From Octopus vulgaris (Eukaryota): a stretch of DNA of 64,000 nt. The position numbers were made by a program, and so were the translations under genes. The stretch lies in NCBI GenBank assembly GCA_951406725.2, contig OX597815.1, positions 148,304,001-148,368,000 on the forward strand, given 5' to 3'. Positions within the stretch are counted from its first letter, which is position 1; the number at the start of each line of letters is the position of its first letter. Shown piece by piece: positions 12,975 to 25,872 of this stretch. The notes beneath the pieces are model-generated. The model saw only the letters and a list, made by a program, of their open reading frames with translations. It ran no database searches and had not been told where the DNA came from.

Positions 12975-13260
12975 CCTTTGAGTTCAAATGCCCCCGTGGT
13001 TATCTTTGACTTCCATCCTTTGAGGGTCAATATAATAATTACCAGCGACGTACTGGAGTCTCATCCAGAAAGTTCCCCTCCGAGACACAAGTCTTGCCAA
13101 GGTGCTTTATTGTAGACCAGGAGTCACTCATGCCTTCCAGCCACCACCCCCTCCGCGCCACCGATGTTTTCGAAGGGAATGGCAAAGCCCGATACAACTT
13201 GGTACCAATAACATCGCAACACATTTCTGCAAGTGTCTTGCTCAAAAACACAACACACAG
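12975..13260. mobile_element. SINE family B fragment (+, ~12975-13060) joined to SINE family C fragment (-, ~13060-13260)
   Basis: gagttcaaat..ccatcctttgagggtcaata (B), then agaaagttcccctccgagacacaagtc..gatacaacttggtacca (C, reverse orientation). Confidence 0.7.
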
Positions 13261-13730
13261 TTCATTTTTTATAGTATTATGCATTATTGTTATATTTCGT
13301 TGCGGTCATTTCCTTTAGGACAATTAAACACTAACAACATATATTCGTTTTTCACTCGTTTATTATTATACGTAACTTATGACTATTGTCCATTTTATGT
13401 CCATAGGATTTGTGACGAAATGTTTCAGACAAAGGATGTAGAGTAAGTACAATAATAATAAACAAGCGAATATCGAATAAATAGTGCGTGTGTTTCTTTG
13501 ACAAGGCAAACGAATGACCATGCCAGATATAACAATATTTGTTTCAGGACGCGATTCCACTTCAGGAATCTTGTAGACAAATTCGTAACCGTATTATTAT
13601 ACACTAATAGATATATTATGGTCTCTAGGTATGTATGGACAGGCCTCATACATCTCTCGTACAGACTTAAAGATTTCTCTTGAGCATAAACTCATAATTA
13701 CAGAAGAGTAGATATAAATAGAAAAAAGAA

Positions 13731-13835
13731 AGTCCCACTGCGTGGCATGTTGGGCATGTGTCTTCTACTATAGCCATGGGCCGACCAAATCCTTGTGAGT
13801 TGATTTGGTAGACGGAAACTGAAAGAAGCCCGTCG

Positions 13836-13874
<39 letters not shown>

Positions 13875-14085
13875 ATGTTTGTGTGTCTGTGTTTGTCCCC
13901 CATCATCGCTCGACAACCGATGATGGTGTGTTTACGTCCCTGTAACTTAGCGGTTCGGCAAAAGTGACCGATAGAATAAGTCTTACAAAGAATAAGTCGT
14001 GGGCTCGATTAACTCGACTAAAGGCGGTGCTCCAGCATGGCTACAGCCAAATGATTGAAACACGTAAAAGAGAAAAAGAGAGTAA
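13731..14085 (+). mobile_element. SINE family A, 5' truncated
   Basis: Core, microsatellite and 3' tail ggcggtgctccagcatggctacagccaaatgattgaaacacgtaaaagag. Confidence 0.85.
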
Positions 14086-15179
14086 ATGAGTATATGAGCG
14101 GGAATGTAGGTCTCATAAGCTGAATAGCATGAATGGGTACACATTCATCATAAAGGGAAAAAGAGAGTGCACGGTTCGATAAATATATTTATGTATATAC
14201 ACATGTATGTATATGTACGTGTGCGTGAGTGAGTGTGTGTGTGAAAGAGAGCGAGAGAGGGTGTGTGTGTATGTGAGAGAGAGAGTGTGTGTGTGTGTGT
14301 TTATGTGTGTGTGAAAACTTGATAAATTAATCGACTCTTAATGACTTGAAAAGTAACAGTGATGCTATTAGGTTAGACATGCCCTTGGCCAGTACTGACG
14401 GAAATCCATCAAAGTATAAAAGTAGTGATACTATCTGTCTAAAAATAAGTTCGTAAGTTTTGGGCGCCCCGCCGAGTAAGGGAAGGGACTAGTTTCTTTG
14501 AAGTTCTACAACAAATGGTACAAGAGACAGTAAGCTGTTAAAGGCTTTCTTTTTATGACAATCTTATATTTAAATGTTCTTTATATTTTTCTAAAACACA
14601 AACAAGTCTTTGGCTAGAGATCGAATCATCATGTGCTTTTACTACTCATTATTTTTTTTACTTCCATCATTTTTTGTTGGTGGTTTTCTCGCGTGTATTT
14701 CTTTATATTTCCTTATTCTCCTTTTGTCAGTTGAATTCTATAAACAGCATTTTGTTCGGGTATAATGTGGAGAAACTATAGTTGATATAGCAGAGCTTTG
14801 ACTTTGATCAGAAAAAGATGTCCATACAGTTTTATTTGAAAACGTTGCGTATAATTTACGTAACTTTCCGCAATTGGTGGTTGATAATAATGCATTGAAA
14901 CGATTCTAATGATTTGTAATAAAACATATTCAATCCAGCTTTCGCATTAAAATTTGTTCGGGTATACTCTAAAGATATTCTCCTATTTCCACATTCTATC
15001 CAGAGAAGTTTTATGGATATCACGCTATTTTACCATAAGAGGGATATTTTCTACACGGTAACTGCCTTTTATCTGTTGAAATATGTTTCAAACATATTTT
15101 AATTAACAAAAATTTTGTTTATGCTAAACACTGATTGGCGATATTATTTCGTAATTTTCCTCGATCGGGCGATATACGA

Positions 15180-16600
15180 ACGCAAATCAGTCAACAACGT
15201 TGACAGAGTTTGAGGGGCATCTCCACTGAATTGGGATGTGGTGAATCTGTTTCTGCATATGCGAATGACGTCACCATCACCGTGTCCGTTAAAGCTTAGC
15301 TACCTTGTGTAGAAGATGCAATCAAAGTATATAAGGTGGTGGCAGGAGCAAAAGTTAGCAAATTCAAGTCTGTCGGCTTGCGGCTTGGCATCTGGAATGA
15401 CAGGACGATAACGTCCAGTTTCGTGGGACACTCGATGAGAGGTCCTGTCAAGTTGCTTGGAGTCTTGTTTGAACCGGAATCCCAGACGGAGAAGAATTGG
15501 AGTGAGGTGGGAGATAGGGTGGAGACCCTCATCCGGACCTGGTCTGGATCCCAGAAAGGGAGGGCGGAGAGGGTGCAGGTGTATATTGCATCTGTTATTA
15601 ACTACTGCATGACCGTTGTCCCTTGCTGTGATTCGTGGCTAAGCAAGTTGGGACGCTTTCTCTTCCGCGTTTTGTTGTGGGGAGGAGAACCGTTTGTGAT
15701 GTGCTGTGTTTCCTGTCAAGAAACGCTAAAGGGTGTGTTAGGGAAGCCGTAGCTAATGATGTGCAGGAATGCGTTGAAGCTAAGGCACATCTGGCTCTAT
15801 CTGGATGGTGACCAGTTGTGGAATTCGCTGGCAGATAAATTCTTTCCGCGACTGGCATCCATGTTGGGACTCAAACCCAACTTCATTACAAGAAGTAACA
15901 CAACTGAATAGGAAAAGGAGTGCCGACAGGCCCTCGTGCTAATCCATAAGGCGGGCAAGGCCGGCAGCGGGAATACTACCTCGGTATTCTATAGAGAGCT
16001 GGTAGAGTTTAAGAGGGATGATATCTTAGGAGAAGCTCTGGGGTTCGATGAGGGCCATCTAGCCAACCTGTTTCAAAGAACTTTTGGGCCCGGGTACCTG
16101 GCAGTGCTATAAGGAGTGCGTTACCTATTCGCGACAAATTGTCTAGACACAGATTTCTGTGCCATGAGCATGCTCACGGTGCGGGCAGACCGATGAAAAC
16201 GTTCTGTACGCCCTTGTACAGTGCCCAGAGATTTAGGGCTTGATAATTTATGTAGAACATGGCTGTCGCATCTAGGAAGAGTACAACTGTCTGCTGAGTC
16301 CATGATCGTGGTTGTACCGCCACCCGGACTATGAAAAGAAGGTGAGGCATGTTTTTTTATGCACAGTCACAATATTGAAAGAGTGTATATGGAAAATTAG
16401 AATCGAAGGAGAGGCGACGGGGATTTTCACCTCCGGCCCTTGTTTGCTATATTAGTCATCTGAAGAACAAAATAGGGCTAGAGAGGAAACACCTGTCGCG
16501 AAGTATATTCAGGAAAAGATGGAAGGATGTAGCTAGGAAGTTGGGTACGAATGGGCCTAATTAATCTTATCCATGATAGAAAAGTATGGTGTAGCCATTT
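15180..16600 (+). pseudogene. Decayed L1/Tx1-type LINE ORF2 (RT C-terminal half to zinc knuckle), 5' truncated
   Basis: SAYANDVT (YADD), AGAKVSKFKS, VKLLGV.F, NWSEV, KGRA, LFRVLLWGG, KGVLGKP (GGLG-x-P), and a later cysteine-knuckle-like ENVLYALVQCP; stops and frameshifts. Confidence 0.8.
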
Positions 16601-16842
16601 GGCTTCATGACTAAGGGTAAACATGTAAAACTTGTAAATTTATAAAATATAACATTCATCATCATAATTTTAAAATCACTTTCAAAAGAACTCATATACG
16701 CACTATTTGATTGTGATGACCCATCTATGTGACATGTATAATTATCGTAATAAAGAATCCTCTCTTAGGTATATCCCGTTGACCAGAATCAAAAAACTCG
16801 AAACGTCGATGTCTGGGAATGCTAACAGATGGTGAAACTAAA

Positions 16843-17075
16843 GAAACCGGGTGTTTTCACTCCTCTTTTCTATACGAGAGATATTTTCTATGCGGTAACT
16901 ACAGTGAATTTGCCTTTTAGCAGTTGAAATATGTAACAAACGATCTGGGATTCCTGATAGATTGTGCAACTGAACAAACCGGGTTTTTTTTTCACACCTC
17001 TGTGCCATAAGAGATATCTCCATGGTAACTGCACTGAATTCGGCTTTTGGAAGTTGAAATATGGTCCAGACATAT
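16843..17075 (+). repeat. Degenerate ~133-bp tandem duplication with a third copy at ~15021-15095
   Basis: aaaccggg..cac.cctct...ata.gagatat...ggtaact.cantgaatt.gnctttt...agttgaaatatg occurs twice here and once on the other side of the L1 remnant. Confidence 0.65.
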
Positions 17076-17131
17076 TTTCACTAACCTTTATACATGCGCG
17101 TGCGCACACTTATAGTATTAATAAGGATTAG

Positions 17132-17511
17132 TGGAGGCGCAATGACCCAGTGGTTAGGGCAGCGGACTTGAGGTCGTAGGATCGCGGTTTCGATTCCTAG
17201 AACGGGCGTTGTGAGTGTATATTGAGCGAAAACACTTAAGGCTCCACGAGACAGTAGCAGGGGTGGTGGCGAAGCCTGCTGTACTCTTTCACCACAACTT
17301 TGTCTCACTATTTCTTCCTGCTTCTGTTGTACCAGTATTTCAAAGGGTCAGCCTTGTCACACACTCTCACGCTGAATCTCCCCGAGAACTACGTTAAGGG
17401 TACACGGGTCTGTGGAGTGCTTGCTAATAACTTGCACGTTAATTTCACGAGCAGGCTGTTCCGTTGATCGTATCACCTGTAACCCACGTTGTCGTAACAG
17501 ACGGAGTGCCA
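17132..17511 (+). mobile_element. SINE family D, full length
   Basis: tRNA-like head ggaggcgcaatgacccagtggttagggcagcggac..ggtttcgattcc; body shared with 31070 and 60781. Confidence 0.85.
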
Positions 17512-18197
17512 TGAACAGGTAGTATACAAAACATATTGAGCATTTTAGAACGTTTATAAACGATTACATCTACTCGTATTTCTTACTGAACTTCCACACA
17601 TCGTAATTAAACGATGAGTAAATAAATTTCGATGTATCGTACAATATCTGAATGCTATGTATTTTTCCAGCAGGTGTTAGAACTAACAGGTTAGTTGGAG
17701 TCTGCAATAATTAATCTGTTAAGATTAACATAGCAAATGTGTGGACGTTTTCTTTTAAGAACACCATTTCATGAATATTTCTGTAATACTACTCTTTCAC
17801 TATGCTGCTTCAGATATGAATGTAATCATTTCGAAAGTAATTTATAATAACACAGCAGAATGTAGGAAAGCTATCTCTTAAAAACACTATTTGAGAAATA
17901 TTTCTGTGATGCTTTTCTTTCATTATACTACTTCAAATATAATTGTAATCTTTTGGAAACAATCGCATACTTGAACATTTTTAATGCGTAATAATTTTAA
18001 ATAAAATTCCATGTTATATGGCTTTATAAAATATATTTTCAATCTTTCCTTTCTCTTTTCTCCTTTTTCGTTTTCCTTATGTTTGTCTATCAGTCTGCGT
18101 CTTTCTGTATATAAATACAAACACACACACACATACACACACACACACAAAGACATACACAAACACACACAAACTCAGGCGCGCATACTCACACGTG

Positions 18198-18270
<73 letters not shown>

Positions 18271-18288
18271 CCACACATATACACACCT

Positions 18289-18452
18289 GGGCGCAAATGT
18301 GGTTGTGTGGTAAGTCGTTTGCTTCCCAACCACATAGTTCTGGTTTCAATCCCGCTGCGTGGCAACTGGGGCGTATGTTTTCTATAGTATTGGGCTGACT
18401 AACCCCTTCCCTGTGGATTTAGTGAATAGAAACTGAAAGAAGCCCTGTCGTG
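18289..18452 (+). mobile_element. SINE family A, 5' half
   Basis: Head and core up to gaaactgaaagaagccc. Confidence 0.75.
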
Positions 18453-18539
18453 TAAAATATTTTAGGTATAGCATAAAAGATATTTAGCAACAGGCATGGT
18501 TGAAAGCACATCTAGACCACACACCACCACATTCCTCAT

Positions 18540-21362
18540 AAAAGGCAGCCACCAACAACAGATCTAGGATGACCACCATTGCTGCGAATCCGGCAATCAC
18601 ACAATTTCATTTAATAAATATTAGGGACCTCCAAAAAAACAACAGCAATCCAAAAATTGCATATCTGAGAGCTGTGTCTGCATACAATCAAGCGATATTC
18701 ATTGTACTTACAAAAGAACATCTCTCAGTTGATATAAATGACGTAGAAATATTCATACGAATGTATCTTGTGTACCGTGCAGACAGAAACGGAAGAAGTC
18801 ACGGTGGAGTTGCATCGTACATCCGTGAAGATTCACAAAACTAACTCTGTTGTCACACACACCTCGGTCTGTGAGAGAGTTATAGTGCATTAAATGCGAC
18901 TTCATGTGGTAATAAGAACAATGTATCGTCAGCCAGATGCCTCGAATCATGACAGTAAATTTGAGGAAAGTCTTACATTGATAAAAGAAAAAGTAACAAA
19001 ACTGGATAAATGCGTTAATATACTTCTGATGGGTGACTTCAACTTCCCGAACATGAAATGGCCTGTAGACCCTGGATGTCATGCAAAGACCAGGGATGTC
19101 ATGCAAAGAATGCAACCAAACAAAATCTCTACTTGACCTCACAAAAATATTCATGTAGCAAAGAATATAATCCCCAACCTAGAATGATAGTATAGATCTC
19201 TGTTTCCCTGACGTAGGTCTTATTCAAAACGTGAAGATAACTTTGGCAATCTTCTCAGACCATATGGTAGTACTGACAATGTATGGTCCAACACACAGAC
19301 AGCACCCAAACTATGTCTGGCCTGGACTGCTACAAGGCTCACTGGAAGCCAGTTGAAATATGGATTATCCAGCAAAATTGGGTTAATCTGACTCGATGAG
19401 AGATATTGATATTGGAATCATGTCAACAGTCCGAGCCATTTGCATTAAATTTGTCCCTGAGAAGAAAGTAAGCACATAAAAAAGCAAGATTCCTTATGAG
19501 ACAGACAATAAATAGATCTACTCCGTTAAATAAACAACCTGGTAACGGCGAGAAATCAATTATAAAAGAGAGATGTTAGAGATCAAAAATAAACTCAGAC
19601 ACTCCCATGTAAAGGAAAGTGTAGAAGGAGAAACCAGGGCTGTGGAAGATATAAACATATATTCCAAAGCCCTCTACAAATTCGCGCGAATTTGCCTCGG
19701 CATACTAAAAAATAGGGCCACTGTTTGAAAATGACGGCTTACTTGTTGCACACCCCAACGACGAGGATAGATATTATACCAAACAAGTATTTACAGAGTA
19801 TCTCCACCCACTCTACTGGGAAAATGTCAACTAGGCGAGCCTGAAGAGTTTTTCAACGCTGCAGACCTACATGGGAAAAAGGTAACCATCGATTATATGG
19901 AAATAAAAGAGGAACATTACTTTTCAGTGTTTCCTTGCATGTGGAAAACTTGCCAAGCTGTTAAAAAATGGTATCATATGCCTTGTTAATAAAGGAGGAA
20001 GCAGAGCAGATGCTAAAAGTTACAAGCCTACTTGTCTGATTTCACACTTTAGCAAGGTTATGGAACGCAGTGAGGAGATTGATCGCGTTCCTCTTGCTCA
20101 CAAACAGAATGGCTAACGTTCAGAGAGGAGCTGTCTCACACAGCTACTACGGCATTATGTTTGGATACTGAAACAATAGCTTAACCACTCAATCATGGAA
20201 GTGATTTATCTCGGCTTCGTGTAAACCTTTGACAAAGTCGATCATGGAATGATATGTCACTAACTATGCTACCTTGTTATTACTGGAAATCTAGGTGAGT
20301 GGTTTCACAACATTTAAAGGACAGAAGTTAAGTAGTTGAAGCCAATGATGCTCTTTCTCTCTCTCTCTCTCACTCTGTTCAGACATCACTTCGCAGAGGA
20401 GTTCCTCAGGGAACTCTACTGCGACCACTACTATTTGTAGTGCCTCTTTCAAACATTCCTTCAGTCGTACATTCAGCCACGCTCACCAGCTACACTGATG
20501 ATATAAGTGTATCTAAGTCTTCGAAGGACGCTGATGATATACTAAAACTGCAAAATGACCACCATGCAATATACAAATGGGCTGAACATCGGCACACAGA
20601 CATGCTACAATCGGAGTACATAGGATCATGGATCAGTGCAATCCGAGATTAGAATCGTCACGTGAACTGGAAATCTTCATGAGTAGTGATGCAACATTCC
20701 ATGCGAATATTGCCAGGATGGCAACACTGTGCTGGCGAGTAGCTGAATGCATCTTTAGATCATTCAGAACCTGAAATAAAGATACCTTGCCACTCCTACT
20801 CAGAACATTTGTCCTCAGTCGTCAGCATCGCTGATCCCAACTGTGGTCGCCAGAGAGTGTGAAATTGGTGGCCGATTTTAAGGCAGTCCAGCCCCACCAC
20901 AAAAAAGAGACTGACTGGGGGAAATAGATTAGCTGCTAGAAGAGACTACACGAACTGAAGCTTTATACCATGGAGAAAAGGCAGGAAAGGTATGCAGTGT
21001 TATCCATAATGAAGATCTTGGAAGGTCTGTCTACCAACTTTCGAATTAAACGCTATACCAGCCACCGGACTGGATGTCACCCCAACTACCAAAGATGTAG
21101 CTTCTTCTTTTAAAGGAACACCACATTTTAGCATCCTGGGAAGGAACCAAACGTGCAGACGTAGAAACGTTCAAAAAGCGGCTGGACAAATTTCTATCTG
21201 AAATCCCAGATGAGCCCAATCCCGGCAGGAGGTACAAAGATGTTCAACCCCTTCTAACTCGCTTCTTCACCAAAAGGAGTACCGAAAGTACACAACAAAA
21301 CACTGAAAAGCAGTGCTTTAGCATGGCGCCAGTCCCTAACTGAAACCTGCGATAGAGTAAAA
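18540..21362 (+). pseudogene. Decayed CR1-type LINE ORF2 (APE endonuclease plus RT) with 3' tail
   Basis: APE motifs YRADRNGRSHGGVASYIRED and ILLMGDFNFP; RT motifs YKPTCLISHFSKVME, FDKVDHG, GVPQGTLLRPLLF, SYTDD; C-terminus FKKRLDKFLSEIPDEP. Confidence 0.85.
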
Positions 21363-21444
21363 TATTAAAGAAAAAGAATATATATACATATATGTGTGCG
21401 TGCGTGCGTGCGTGCGTGCGCGCATGTGTGTGTGTATCACCAGG

Positions 21445-21855
21445 GTTGGTTTTGCCATTTACTCCATTGGTGTTCGATAAATGAGTACCAGTGGAGCACT
21501 GGGGTCGATGTAATCGATGAAACCCTTCCGTCAAAATTTCTGGCATTGTGCTAATATTTGAAAGGAATATTAATGATGAATGTGTTAGCCGGTGAACTGG
21601 CACAATTATTAGCACGCCGGGGCAAAATGGTTAGAGGTATTCCCTGTACCTGACTGCAGCGAAGCTGGGGAACCACCTTGAAGAATTTCCAGTAAAATGA
21701 ATCGATAAAAGGACTTTTAAATTTTTATGAATAAATGCACCGTAAGGCTTGGTCGGCCCGAATTTATAGTAAAATACATTTGCACAAGGTGCCACACAGT
21801 GAGATTGAGCCTTGTACAGTGCATCTGGCAAGCAAGCTTCTTACCACACAGCTAC
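21445..21855. mobile_element. SINE family B fragments (+, ~21445-21640) and family A fragment (-, ~21735-21855)
   Basis: cgataaatgagtaccagtggagcactggggtcgatgtaatcga (B); ggcttggtcggcccga..caaggtgccacacagtg..cttaccacacagc (A, reverse). Confidence 0.7.
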
Positions 21856-22183
21856 GCTAATATTTGCTTACGATATTCAATTATTTATTTAACTTACTTA
21901 AATGTAGAAACTTAATGTAATCATAATCGACCTCTAAGTTAGAAATGCCGACACAATTCGAAGAATTTTAAGCTGTTGATTGCATAAATTTATGAATAAC
22001 TGAACACTATGTTCTTATAAAGTTTCGTAAATAAAATAATTCGGGAAATAATCTATTTACATTCATGAAACATAAAATGAAGCATTACCGCTCCCGATAT
22101 GCATGAGGATTTACTATCTCAGTACCACTCTTTCTCTCACACTTTCCGTGCCTAATCTCTCCCTTATATAAATACAAACATAC

Positions 22184-22214
<31 letters not shown>

Positions 22215-22484
22215 CATACATACATACATTTATACATACTATTAGGTACAAACGTTTACGAGAACAAAAGTCCGATATATTATGGATTTTTGATTGTACA
22301 AATGTATATTCGAGCGAAAACTGTACATTCCATCATCCAACAGCGACAATGTATTGCTGTTCATTTCATACATTCGTCTGACGCACCATTTACAACGGAA
22401 AACATTTATATACAGCTGCACTGAATTGGAGACAAAGTGAAAACGCTATAAGTATTAAATTCAGAATCTCCAAGCAGGCCAGAC

Positions 22485-22599
22485 GCACAAACACACACAC
22501 AGACACACACATACACACACACACACACACATATATATGTATATATATACTTTGATATATATATATTTACATATATGAATATGTATGTATTTATGTATG

Positions 22600-22668
<69 letters not shown>

Positions 22669-22700
22669 GTGTTTATGGGTGTGTATTTGTGCATGTGTTA
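22485..22700. repeat. (CA)n / TA-rich / (TG)n compound microsatellite (self-complementary arrangement)
   Basis: Direct reading. Confidence 0.9.
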
Positions 22701-23451
22701 AACAAAAATGTATTAAAGAAATAAATATCATTTCTTTGTCTGATTTTCGACATCAACAAAAAACATTCCACAGACAAGAAAAGAAAACTCACACACTAAA
22801 GCATGATATATGAAGACGAATATAAATAAATCATTACTATGTGAATTTAATACACATGTTTGACAGGAGAAGGTGTTGATATTGATTGTGAAATACCAAT
22901 ATATTAAGTGCAGTCAGCTGTGACCTTGAAATTTGAAACCCTTCTTGAAAGCAATATCTGGCTATTATCATGCTTCTAAGTCTAATAAGAGATTGAATGC
23001 GTAGAGATGTTTAGACAATCAATCTTTCACCAATAGAACCATTGAATTCATATTGTACAGCACCAAGACACTCCTACACACATACATATACAGGCATACG
23101 CATAGAGACATAGAAATAAATATAGGAAAACATAGACACGTACACACACACACACGGTCATACACATATATTCATATGGGGCAAAGAAGTATAATGGCAG
23201 GCATCATTCATATATTTTTATGTAAAAGAACAACAATTGCGATTAATATTTATTTTTCTCAACGAATCTATAGGCCACTCTAAAGCAGTTGTAAGCGGCG
23301 TCCTAACATCAACAATTCATAGTAAGCGATATACAATTATGGACGTAAGTGTCTACCTCAAACGACAACTTCGATTAGCCAGCTACATGCGCTACCTCTT
23401 TCAGTTTCCTTAAGCATTTATTTCATTTATATATATATATAAATATATATA

Positions 23452-23582
23452 AAGTGGAAATTTTACCGGTGATTGTCTTATATTATAAGGAACAAAAAGA
23501 AAATGACTCTCCCCAGGCACAGCAGAATATGCTTCAAAACACGAACTCATATAAAGAATCTTGCAAACCAAATCCAAAGACG

Positions 23583-23586
<4 letters not shown>
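23452..23586 (+). mobile_element. Single arm of fold-back family F between (TA)n tracts
   Basis: tggaaattttaccggtga...ttataagg..caaaaagaaaatgactctccccag matches arms at 48880-49150 and 51528-51836. Confidence 0.75.
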
Positions 23587-23667
<81 letters not shown>

Positions 23668-23712
23668 TATATATCTTTATATATATATATAAATACATAT
23701 ATATATTTTAGA

Positions 23713-23913
23713 CCCCCTTCGGTCATGAGTGACCATGGGTTTGCACCTAGAGAGTTACCCTCTGAGGCACAAGTCTGGGCAAGGTTGTTTTATGGAAGAC
23801 CAGTAGTCGCCCATGCATACCAGCTTCCCCCCTCCACGCCACCAGTGTTATCCAAGGGAAAGACAAAGGTCGATACAGCTTGGCACCTGTGACGTCGCAA
23901 CTCATTTCTACAG

Positions 23914-23916
<3 letters not shown>
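23713..23916 (-). mobile_element. SINE family C, 3' portion
   Basis: Reverse complement of 33190-33376. Confidence 0.85.
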
Positions 23917-23986
<70 letters not shown>

Positions 23987-24686
23987 CATATATATAACAC
24001 TGAAGTTATATAGATTTTTTCAAATAATGTTATTGTATTTTATAGTTTTTTTAATGATTATATTATCTTATTGGATATAACTTTCTATGTGTAATCTATA
24101 AAATAAGGTTATCCTGAAATAGGAGTTGCGGTTGCATGAGTAAAAATCCCAAATTTGTAATAATATATGTATGTATATATACTTGTGTATCACGTTATCT
24201 GTTTTTGTTTGATATTTTGTCTTTGTTGCAGTACACATTCGTTAGCTTTCTTACAAAGGAGTCTACCGATCTTAGCTTAGAAATTGGGGGGGGGGGGCAA
24301 CCAGATCGAACCATCTCAAGTGTAACTGCCCGAATTGGTTGTGACTTCTGATACTTGACTGAAAAAAGAAGCCCACGGATGACACGTCTGTTTTGCCTGT
24401 TTTTCTAATAGTCATTTTTCTTGTCCACCTTTCTATCATCTATCTGTCCGAAGTAGACGAAACGGGAACAACTGAAGAAGGCGAATATTCCTTCTGTTGA
24501 ATGTCTTGTACTCTGTTATTTCGTTGTTTGAAAAAAAGTTTGTTTCCATGCTTTTGTTTTTATATGTTCATTTCTCTTTGTGGTCAACGTTTGTTTGATG
24601 TCCTGTACCCAGATATGCATGTATAGATACATATAGATGTTGGTATGTGAATATATATATATGTATACATGCATATATTTATATGT

Positions 24687-24735
<49 letters not shown>

Positions 24736-25082
24736 ATTCGTATTGTTATGGCTTTATTTTATATTCCTAGAGAATCTGGCAAAATCAAGATATACCATAA
24801 ATATTAGACTCCCACAATAGTAAAGATCTACCCCATTTTACACATTTTTCGAAGATGCATATTTTGTTGTTTTCTTAATTCATCTTGTTATGAATTATAA
24901 TAATCCTTAATACTGAAGGCGTATGTTTTCTACTGTACAGTGCGCCTGTGCAAGTTTCCGCACTCTATGAACAAGGAACACTTTCAAGGGTTGGGGGAAG
25001 TGAATCTGTGTCATGCACTGGTATGGTTTCCTTTCATATGCAGTTGGACTTTTGATCAACCACATATCCGTGTATGTATATA

Positions 25083-25140
<58 letters not shown>

Positions 25141-25365
25141 AATATATTAAAGAATGGAGTTGAATATATATTTATATTTTAAAAAAAACATACAAATTTC
25201 CACACGAAAGCACGTAACTTGAAACGTGCCTTCTCTGATGTGAATTTGCTACCCAGGTATCGGTTAACCGAATTATCCATAACAAGATAATTCATTCAAC
25301 TACTCAAATATATATATGCATATATATATGTGTGTGTGTATATATATATATGCATACATATATAC

Positions 25366-25402
<37 letters not shown>

Positions 25403-25679
25403 AGTGTGTGTGTGTGTGTAAGTATAGATGTATTTATGTGTACATGCACCAACCCTTAATCTCTAAAAAGAATTAGTGAAGTAAAATTATGTAGGAACAT
25501 TGAACACTGAATGTTGGTGCCCTAGCATGAGATGAAACTAAACCAAATCAAATCATGTGTAGAAAAAGAGGGAAAGTGAGAGTGAGAGTGAGAGAGAGAA
25601 AGAGCAAGAGAAGCTAATGGATAGATAGCTACGTATAATCTGTATATATAATATATATATATACATACATACAGATACA

Positions 25680-25779
25680 CATCTATATATCAATAGATAT
25701 ATAGCTAGATCGACAGACAGACAGACACACGAAATGACAGATAAATAAACAGAGAGATGGATAGACAGATAGATAGATC

Positions 25780-25811
<32 letters not shown>

Positions 25812-25872
25812 TATATATAGATAGATAGATAGATATATAGATAGATAGATAGATAGATAGATATAGATAGAC
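25680..25872. repeat. (GATA)n/(GACA)n microsatellite
   Basis: Direct reading. Confidence 0.9.

Noticed and set aside
17132-17205. tRNA genes at SINE heads (also 33064, 39640, 42093)
   Set aside because: No complete cloverleaf, and each continues into SINE body sequence.
24240-24640. Possible PLE-type repeat with hammerhead fragments (gacgaaacg, ctgaagaag)
   Set aside because: Motifs are in the wrong order or too decayed to assemble a fold.
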